A stretch of 64,000 nt of DNA. Source: an uncultured virus (IMG/VR IMGVR_UViG_3300044670_002562). Taxonomy: Duplodnaviria > Heunggongvirae > Uroviricota > Caudoviricetes. Below, piece after piece: positions 57,546 through 64,000 of the stretch. Position 1 is the stretch's first letter; every line of letters begins with the position of its first letter. The notes below the pieces were generated by a model. The model made no database searches. It was not told the origin of the DNA and worked only from the letters and a program-made list of their open reading frames with translations. The stretch lies in the IMG/VR virus record IMGVR_UViG_3300044670_002562. One strand, written 5' to 3'. A program made the position numbers and the translations under genes.

Positions 57546-57772
57546 TGGTTATGCCTGCGGTCCCACTTCTCCAATGCATCCGCGCGATTATTGCCGGTTT
57601 GGGCTACAGCGCACTGATAGTTTGAGCAGCGGAATTCGTATGCATTCACCGCGCCAATCATAATTGCAGAATGGCGCTCTATCGCGTCAGCGCCGCAAAA
57701 AGGGCATGGTCTCGCACAACCCTCCGGTGCAGCTAATTCGCTATCGCTCATGACTGACCTCGGCGATATCAC
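57542..57772 (-). CDS. Lar-family (restriction alleviation)-like zinc-ribbon protein
   Basis: RPCPFCG...CSNYQC...ALEKWDRR. Confidence 0.65.
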   Translation of the reverse strand: MISPRSVMSDSELAAPEGCARPCPFCGADAIERHSAIMIGAVNAYEFRCSNYQCAVAQTGNNRADALEKWDRRHNQ

Positions 57773-59529
57773 TCGCCGTCCGGTGCGGCTTGGTCAGCGT
57801 CTGCTTTATCTTTAGCGGCTTTCGCCTCTGCTAGCTTCGCTCTGATTTCCGCGGCTTTAGCCTTAGCCTTCTCCGCCTCCTTCTTACGACGCTCCGCCGC
57901 ATCCGCCTCTAGCTGCTCCCTGTTATCGATAGCGTGCTGGATCTTCTCCTGTACTGCGGGAGGCTTCTCGAACTCTTTAATCTTCCACTCCTTAGGATCT
58001 TCTGCGGAGAAGTCGTAGGAGTCTTGATACATGCGCACCTTATCCAGTACGCTGTCCACAGTAATCATGTCCATACACTTAGGGATGATCTGACCGGATT
58101 CTGCTACAACCGGCATATGACATAGCTTAGACCCGTCCTCGCTGTCGTAATCCTTCTCATCGCCGTCAAGTAGGGGTTCTACTCGAGATTTCCAGCACCC
58201 TCCGTGCGAGTTGCACGGCAGCGCTCCGCATGTGTGCATATACTGGTGATGAGAGTAGGCTTCCCACATCGTAGGTTCTCTACCTCCTGCGATGACAACG
58301 CACGGTCGGGTGAGCCTCTTATATCTGGGGTGCATCTCTACGGCCGCAGCTAAGTGCATAGGGTACGAGATAGGCGTAACGACGCCGGCAGCGTGATACA
58401 TCAATCGTATAAACTGCCGGTGCGTGGTCTTGCCTCGGAGGTCTATGACATTATCTCCCTCCAGTGTCGGGTGATAATGCAGAGGATTATCCGCCCCTAC
58501 TTGGACCCAGGTGATATCGGGCGTACGAGTCACTAGCTCTTGGAAGCGAGAAACCTCCCAGAGCTTGGCAGTATAGTCATTCTTGCGCCCAGCATCGATT
58601 ATCCAGAAGGGAATATCCTTTCCTGCGATCTCATGCACCTGAGAGTACCATGCCTTCTCCTGCTCGGAGAGGTAGATAGCTCCGTGAGCCGATGTCTGAT
58701 CGATAGGAAGCCCTAGCTTAGCCTCTAGGTCCTTACGGAATCCGTGACAGAAGTGATGGGCACCGGCGTTGGAGGTGTTCACCAGGTTATACTCCATACG
58801 CACCCACATAGCCTCCGGATCGGAGTCCTCGATGTGCGTATGGTTCGGGTTATTCTCCCATAGCTCGTGCGCAGCTGTGCGCATACATGTGATGAACTTG
58901 CCCGGATATGACCTGTGTAGGTCATCTACTGCTCTGGTTAGCATGATGAGATCTCCCGGGCTCTGGTGCTGGGAGATGAAGAGCTTAACCGGTGTCTTGC
59001 ACTCCTCTAGTATACTAGGGGCACCTGCGGGGCGAGGAGACAGGACCATCTTATTGAGGGCAGCTGCGTGTTCCATGAATGCGGACAACGCTGTGCGCCC
59101 AGGCAGACCGTCAGAGCTTGTCGCATCCGCTGGCGATACGGGGATATTCTTTGTGCTCTTCGGCAGTTTAGCGGTTTTCGCCACCAGCCGGTCTCGCCGA
59201 AGGATCTCTGTGTAGCGCTGCTCGATCTGCACTCTGGGGGGCTTACTAGGCCTCGGCCCTGTCCGCGTGGCGGCTTGTGCCCCTTTGCGCACGAACTCCA
59301 CTTTCCCTGCCTTCAGCTTCTCGACAAAGTCCGGAGATACTTGGATCTTCTTAGACTTAAGGGAGTCTACGGGCACGCCTAGTTTATTCGACAGAAGAGT
59401 AAGAGCCTCTCCATCTAATAGCGTGGTCGGCTCCTCGTTTGCCGAACCAGCCGACACAGGCGGCACCTCTGCCTCATTAGCCGCAGGGACTAGCTTCAGC
59501 GCATTAGAGTTTATAAGCACGTCCGACAT
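57769..59529 (-). CDS. GT9 (heptosyltransferase-like) glycosyltransferase with N- and C-terminal extensions
   Basis: QSPGDLIML, LWENNP, VIDLRGKT, MHLAAA, PCVVIAGGRE. Confidence 0.85.
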   Translation of the reverse strand: MSDVLINSNALKLVPAANEAEVPPVSAGSANEEPTTLLDGEALTLLSNKLGVPVDSLKSKKIQVSPDFVEKLKAGKVEFVRKGAQAATRTGPRPSKPPRVQIEQRYTEILRRDRLVAKTAKLPKSTKNIPVSPADATSSDGLPGRTALSAFMEHAAALNKMVLSPRPAGAPSILEECKTPVKLFISQHQSPGDLIMLTRAVDDLHRSYPGKFITCMRTAAHELWENNPNHTHIEDSDPEAMWVRMEYNLVNTSNAGAHHFCHGFRKDLEAKLGLPIDQTSAHGAIYLSEQEKAWYSQVHEIAGKDIPFWIIDAGRKNDYTAKLWEVSRFQELVTRTPDITWVQVGADNPLHYHPTLEGDNVIDLRGKTTHRQFIRLMYHAAGVVTPISYPMHLAAAVEMHPRYKRLTRPCVVIAGGREPTMWEAYSHHQYMHTCGALPCNSHGGCWKSRVEPLLDGDEKDYDSEDGSKLCHMPVVAESGQIIPKCMDMITVDSVLDKVRMYQDSYDFSAEDPKEWKIKEFEKPPAVQEKIQHAIDNREQLEADAAERRKKEAEKAKAKAAEIRAKLAEAKAAKDKADADQAAPDGE

Positions 59530-60222
59530 CTATTGCTCTCTGTTCTCTAAGTGCTGCTTACGGAGGGCCTGCCCCTCCTTAATAACCTCTATGTAGTCAT
59601 CGAGCCTACGTAGAAGCGGCGCGGCGTTAATTGTGGTTGGCCAGAATCCCTCCTCTGCCCACTCCGTAACGACCGCTCGACGCAACTCCGGTGAGAGGCC
59701 CGCCAAGACTGCTATCATGCCCTGAAACTCGCTGTCTCGCTCTTCTAGGGGCCGTATGCCGATCGCCATCCGAGGGACAGTGAACAAGTAGCAGAAGTAC
59801 GACTGTACGAAGAACGAGCAGAACACCGAGTAGATCTCTTTGCCTCTGTTATGGGAGCGGATCTCCTCGTACATCTGCCTGAAGTATGCGATTCCTTGTA
59901 GGTTGTCGGCTACGGATTCGTTCCATACCTTAGCGATTAGCTGCCCGACGCAGTCCAATAGCTCGAGCGCCTCCTCGTCTTCCTTATACAGGAGCTGGGA
60001 GGCGGCTTGTAGGCTCTCCTTCATAAGGAAGGGCATACAGTGTCCGATATCCCGATGCACGGGATCGCAGACAACCTCGGCAACGGCGGACTTTACTCCG
60101 GCGAAGGAAGTAGCGTACTTGCCCGTGCTATCAAGTAGCTGAGTGTTGCGAACATGCGCGGCGCCGCTCCAGTCTCCCTTAGGAGGCGTTGGGGTCGCTG
60201 TGTCTGTAGATGTATTTTCCAT
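59530..60222 (-). CDS. Hypothetical protein
   Basis: 230 aa helical ORF within the operon. Confidence 0.65.
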   Translation of the reverse strand: MENTSTDTATPTPPKGDWSGAAHVRNTQLLDSTGKYATSFAGVKSAVAEVVCDPVHRDIGHCMPFLMKESLQAASQLLYKEDEEALELLDCVGQLIAKVWNESVADNLQGIAYFRQMYEEIRSHNRGKEIYSVFCSFFVQSYFCYLFTVPRMAIGIRPLEERDSEFQGMIAVLAGLSPELRRAVVTEWAEEGFWPTTINAAPLLRRLDDYIEVIKEGQALRKQHLENREQ

Positions 60223-61516
60223 GATGGTCTCCCTTAATTGTACGTAGCTGGACTACGTTCTTATGCGGTAGGTACTTGCTCCAAATAGGAGCGAGGTCTT
60301 TTGGCGAATCTAGCGCTACCTGCTCGAATAGAGCATATAGCGGACGGACTATGGCGTTCTTTTTACAGCTAGAGCATCCGGCTGACTTTGCGGCTGTTTC
60401 GAGATCTTTTTCTATCTTCTGCAGAACATCTGCAGGGAATAGGTTCGGTGCTTCGTCCCTAAACTTAGGAACGAGCGCTACCAGGTCGGATGGGCGAACT
60501 ACTTTGTTCTTAGTGCGTTCTTGCTGGGAGAGCTCTTTCCGCACATCCGCAGCAGATGTCTTAAAGATATCCGATAACGTCAGGTCTTTAGCGAAGGACG
60601 TCTGGTATCTGCAATGCTCTAGTAAATGTGCTGCTGGGTATACCGGGATCTCGAAGGGAGAGCTATCTATTGCCGATATGCGGATACCGATCTCCGAGAA
60701 CTTCTGGAAGATAGTAGGGAATATCTGCTTTAGACTGGTGTAGGTTTTGCGCTTTCTGTCTGCGTCCTCCTTGCTTGGGATATCTCCCGAGAAGTAGAAA
60801 TCCGATAGCTCGGTAGATAGATCTACCCCGGAAAGTACGATATTACTGAATCCTAGGGCTGCCGCTAAGGACATGCCTATGGTTATCGACGTGCGTACTC
60901 TCATAAAGGACAACTCCCTAGGCTCGGAGAGGAAGGCCTCTACTGTGCCGGAGAACGCCTTAATGGATAGATTGGCAGGAAGCTGCTTAGGGGTGATAGA
61001 GAGCTGCCTATTGCGACGGAAGTCGTATAGGGGCTTATCGTAGAACTGCTCCAGTATAAAGGATATCGTATGCTGGCTGCTGAACGCTGCTGGGTGATAC
61101 GATAGGACGTCTCTTGTCCCTATCCAATAGTCCGCAAACGGAACTGCGGCGATGGCATTGCCTAGCGCGATAATAGGGATCCCTAGCTTATGTGCTTCCT
61201 CTAGGCGGGCCGGGCTGAGGCTAGGCCCGGCTCCCGCTATTACGCACATCCCGTCTGCGTGAACAGGCGGAATACTTATAGGAGATAGCGCCTCCACGCG
61301 CTTTCGGAAGAGCTTGCCCTGGTCTACGGCCTCGTCATTGTAGCTCAGGGTATCTCTATGGGCTCCTACTTCTATTACAATAAGATCGTCAAACTTCTTA
61401 GTTTCTTCAAACAGCTCCCGTTTAGGGGTACCCGCCTCGGCCGAGGCTAGGAGTACGCGCATATCTCTGCTATGTACGAATCCGGGGCGCATACCGTATC
61501 TAGTTGCTTTACTCAT
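60179..61516 (-). CDS. Maf/DUF115-like (GT-A variant) protein
   Basis: CVIAGAGPSL, IIALGNA, TSITIGMSLAAALGFSNIVLSGVDL; C-terminal GCSSC. Confidence 0.7.
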   Translation of the reverse strand: MSKATRYGMRPGFVHSRDMRVLLASAEAGTPKRELFEETKKFDDLIVIEVGAHRDTLSYNDEAVDQGKLFRKRVEALSPISIPPVHADGMCVIAGAGPSLSPARLEEAHKLGIPIIALGNAIAAVPFADYWIGTRDVLSYHPAAFSSQHTISFILEQFYDKPLYDFRRNRQLSITPKQLPANLSIKAFSGTVEAFLSEPRELSFMRVRTSITIGMSLAAALGFSNIVLSGVDLSTELSDFYFSGDIPSKEDADRKRKTYTSLKQIFPTIFQKFSEIGIRISAIDSSPFEIPVYPAAHLLEHCRYQTSFAKDLTLSDIFKTSAADVRKELSQQERTKNKVVRPSDLVALVPKFRDEAPNLFPADVLQKIEKDLETAAKSAGCSSCKKNAIVRPLYALFEQVALDSPKDLAPIWSKYLPHKNVVQLRTIKGDHHGKYIYRHSDPNAS

Positions 61517-61688
61517 GCCTATGCCTTTTCTTAGTTGGGTCGCTCTCTCGGATCTCTATAGAGGCGAATCGCACATCACAGGATGTGCAATGGCGTTCCC
61601 TAAGAACCTTGCAGTCTCCTTTCTCGGAGTACGCTGCTGTGCTGAGGACCTTGGTCCGTTGTCCACAATCTCTACACTTCATATGTAT

Positions 61689-61871
61689 TCACGTTGAAAT
61701 AGCACACGTATTCTGATTCTCTTTCAGAGCCTTGTCAACTACTGTAGGTACGTGTAAGTCCTCCGACACATCCAGGGGATTTACGATAGTCGGGCCGTGA
61801 GGCTTCTCCATCAAGGCGTCGGCCTTCTCCTCTTTAGCTATAGCTGAGCTATCTTTGTCTGCGGTATCCAT
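61689..61871 (-). CDS. Small hypothetical protein
   Basis: 60 aa with GGAGG RBS. Confidence 0.5.
   Translation of the reverse strand: MDTADKDSSAIAKEEKADALMEKPHGPTIVNPLDVSEDLHVPTVVDKALKENQNTCAIST
61700..61715. promoter_or_regulatory. Copy of recurrent palindrome (TAGCACACGTATTCTG)
   Basis: About 190 nt upstream of the first gene of the glycan cluster. Confidence 0.5.
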
Positions 61872-61941
61872 ATACCCTCCACATATTCTGTATATATGCA
61901 GTAACGGTATAGTATATCTCTAGCAGATCAACTTAGACTAT

Positions 61942-61981
61942 AAAAAAAAAGCCCCCATCCCCCCTGCAGAGGGAATGGAGG
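61942..61981 (-). terminator. Intrinsic terminator
   Basis: Minus-strand stem CCUCCAUUCCC/GGGGAUGGGGG (G-U pairs work on this strand only) followed by U9. Confidence 0.75.
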
Positions 61982-62082
61982 ACTGGGAGGCGCTGGTCGG
62001 CTGACACACACAAACAACAACAACCGCGCTCTCTGGGAGTACGTAAACTTAACCTGGTATTCTCATTATGTTCATCCTATAC

Positions 62083-62148
62083 AAAAAAAAAACCTCCTAC
62101 TAGGGTGTCGCAGAGGGGAGGCAGTGCGGACAGGATCCTAGTAGGAGG
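62083..62148 (-). terminator. Long-hairpin intrinsic terminator
   Basis: 12-bp stem CCTCCTACTAGG/CCTAGTAGGAGG with an inner stem, followed by U10 on the minus strand. Confidence 0.75.
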
Positions 62149-62221
62149 ATTCGGGAGAAAAGGGCCCGATGTTTTCGGTTTATCTATGCTATATAGACTC
62201 CTACTCGCAAGGGGCTGATTG

Positions 62222-62797
62222 TTACGCCATCATGGCCTTCATCTTATTGCGCTGAGCAAGGCCCTGGATCAAAGCACCCAGAGAAGCTCCGCCGACACCC
62301 ATGCCGACGGCCTTGCCCAGGTTAACCCCTTCACCCTTTCGTGCGTCACCTGCCAAGGAAAGTCCTACACCGGTCGCGCCTCCGATCGTTGCGCCGGGAG
62401 CAAGGGACGTCAGGATCTTCCTAATAGCCTCTCTGTTATCCCGAGCTGCAGGGGCTTCCGGAACGTCTGCTTCATACAGTGGAAGCTGCATAGGATCGAC
62501 GCTAAGGTCGTCTTTTACCGGATCTATCTTCTTCACTTCCTGGCCCATGGTAAGGGAAGGAGTGCTCCACGGATCAGCGTCGTCGGTCGTCTCCGCAGGT
62601 TCACTCGGACCCAGTTTAAGTTTCGGTACGCCGCCGAAGAGATTCTCGTTACTGAGAGCTCCACTCCCTACTTGACTGAGGGAAGCTGACGTGGGCTGGG
62701 TGTCGACGCCGTCAGTGCGGGCTGCCTGCTTGTGGAGGTAGCCGAGTTGGAAGCCTTGAGCGGGAATGCTGTCTGATGCGAATGTCTGGGTGGACAT
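62222..62797 (-). CDS. Glycine-zipper protein with GFQLGY-KQA leader
   Basis: QGFQLGYLHKQAA; LAPGATIGGATGVGLSL...GVGGASLGALIQ. Confidence 0.75.
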   Translation of the reverse strand: MSTQTFASDSIPAQGFQLGYLHKQAARTDGVDTQPTSASLSQVGSGALSNENLFGGVPKLKLGPSEPAETTDDADPWSTPSLTMGQEVKKIDPVKDDLSVDPMQLPLYEADVPEAPAARDNREAIRKILTSLAPGATIGGATGVGLSLAGDARKGEGVNLGKAVGMGVGGASLGALIQGLAQRNKMKAMMA

Positions 62798-62956
62798 ATA
62801 TGTCTCCTGGGTAGATAGATTATGTAGTCAAGTAACGATAGCGTATAAAGATAGTCTGCGCAAGTATAACCGTAGGTGTGTGCGGCTCCCTACTTTTTTT
62901 GGGTGCCCTACTCTAGACTAGGCGCTGGTATTTGTGTGGCCGAGGGAGCATCCTCT

Positions 62957-63460
62957 TTACTCTTTGGTGCTAGCGATCTTACTCCAATCGTGATCAGGAT
63001 CTAAGCCCTGCTGCTGCTCCCACTCACGCATCTTGCCTCTGAGAGCCTTTACTAGTAAGGCAGACTTGCTGTCTTTATCTAGATCTGTTGTATAGTGCGC
63101 ACTACCTCCCCCTAAGGGGTGGTCAGGATGGGACATAACAACGTGCATGTCTTTTACGCCTCTTTTCCTGGCTTCTTCCTCAATATATTTTATAAACTTA
63201 TTTAGGTCGGGCTTTGGGCTTGCATGGTACACGTACTTGTCTTGCTCAGGGATTTTCTTAGGAAAAGCTGAAGATGGCATATGTATTCTAAATCCCGTAG
63301 GCTTGTGCGTTACACCTACAATGCCTTTGTCCCTACTGTCGATAGAGAAGTCCGAGGGGCTCTCTTGTATAAGCGAGCGGAGTATCGCGACCTTTCTAGG
63401 ATAGTCGCGAACATCGCTATACGCTTTTGCTTTCTTTAGCTGCTGTAGGGCTGAGGGCAT
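62957..63460 (-). CDS. Hypothetical protein
   Basis: 167 aa ORF on the coding strand; ends SKIASTKE. Confidence 0.65.
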   Translation of the reverse strand: MPSALQQLKKAKAYSDVRDYPRKVAILRSLIQESPSDFSIDSRDKGIVGVTHKPTGFRIHMPSSAFPKKIPEQDKYVYHASPKPDLNKFIKYIEEEARKRGVKDMHVVMSHPDHPLGGGSAHYTTDLDKDSKSALLVKALRGKMREWEQQQGLDPDHDWSKIASTKE

Positions 63461-63471
63461 CGCAGGTACGT

Positions 63472-63999
63472 TTAGCTTATTTTACCGAAATCTATATATC
63501 CCTGCACAGCAGAGGGGAGCCGGGACGAGGAGATACTTTCTTCTCTATCCTTAGTAACTCCTTGATAGGCTAGCTGTAGAAGCGCTCCGGCAGGTGCTCC
63601 CATCATCGCGGCAAGGAGAGCGCGTCTGACGCTGAGGCCCTTCTTAGATGCAGCGTCCACCAACAAGGAGATCCCTGTGCCGGCAGTGGCCCCTATTGCT
63701 GCTCCAGGGGCAAGAGACTTAGCTTTTGCCGTATATGTCTTTGGTTCTGGGTCGCCTTTGCGGTTGTAGCGCTGGACGTCTGCGTGCGCTCCTACGACTA
63801 TGGGATCGTCCTTGCCTATTTCTTCCTCTCCTACTAGCTGTCGAACAGCTGCCGCTACCACAGGAGATCTGCTGGGTCTCTTTGCCCCGGAATCTATGAT
63901 GTCGGTGTCCTTTACATTGCTTGGCCCTTTTAAGACATTGGCTAATGTAATGTCGTCAAGTTTGGGGACTTTGTCTATATCTCTTAGGAAGACTCCAGA
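63472..63999 (-). CDS. 3' part of a glycine-zipper protein (start outside window)
   Basis: Frame is open to the window edge; LAPGAAIGATAGTGISL...MMGAPAGALLQ. Confidence 0.7.
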   Translation of the reverse strand, partial: SGVFLRDIDKVPKLDDITLANVLKGPSNVKDTDIIDSGAKRPSRSPVVAAAVRQLVGEEEIGKDDPIVVGAHADVQRYNRKGDPEPKTYTAKAKSLAPGAAIGATAGTGISLLVDAASKKGLSVRRALLAAMMGAPAGALLQLAYQGVTKDREESISSSRLPSAVQGYIDFGKIS

Positions 64000-64000
64000 A

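Noticed and set aside
1..64000. Stop-codon (TAG) reassignment
   Set aside because: Long genes are intact under code 11, and TAG stops are directly followed by the next gene's start (for example the sheath gene).
1..64000. tRNA, rRNA and terminase genes
   Set aside because: No cloverleaf, rRNA signature or terminase ATPase/nuclease motifs were recognised; they may lie outside the window.

Overview
This window is a 64-kb segment of a large tailed (contractile-tail, myovirus-like) bacteriophage genome. All credible genes lie on the minus strand, tightly packed in standard genetic code. In transcription order (right to left) it contains: (1) small glycine-zipper genes followed by two tandem intrinsic terminators; (2) a ~16.6-kb glycan cluster with Maf/DUF115-like, GT9, GT29-like (x2), GT32, GT8, GT71 and other GT-A transferases, two methyltransferases, two SDRs, a degenerate RmlD-like enzyme, a dehydroquinate-synthase-like sugar-phosphate cyclase, a GmhA-like SIS protein and a CMP-ulosonate-synthetase/cupin fusion; (3) a degenerate NifS-like gene and the portal; (4) a block of small membrane-type proteins with N-terminal [F/Y]xxGY...KxA leaders; (5) a cellular-type multisubunit RNA polymerase encoded as a beta+beta'-N fusion (LAGLIDADG intein, DYDGD catalytic motif) plus a separate beta'-C gene (mini-intein in the bridge helix), embedded among head genes; (6) prohead protease, scaffold, decoration-like and major capsid genes; (7) putative lysis, neck, tail terminator, sheath, tube and baseplate genes, and a tail chaperone with a probable -1 frameshift. 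The most notable observations are a pervasive KxA motif in head and cargo proteins (candidate protease-processing/packaging code), a 16-bp palindrome (TAGMAYACGTATKCTR) recurring at gene junctions, and a cyclase plus CMP-transferase plus sialyltransferase-like pathway. All functional calls come from motif recognition by eye; no database searches were run.
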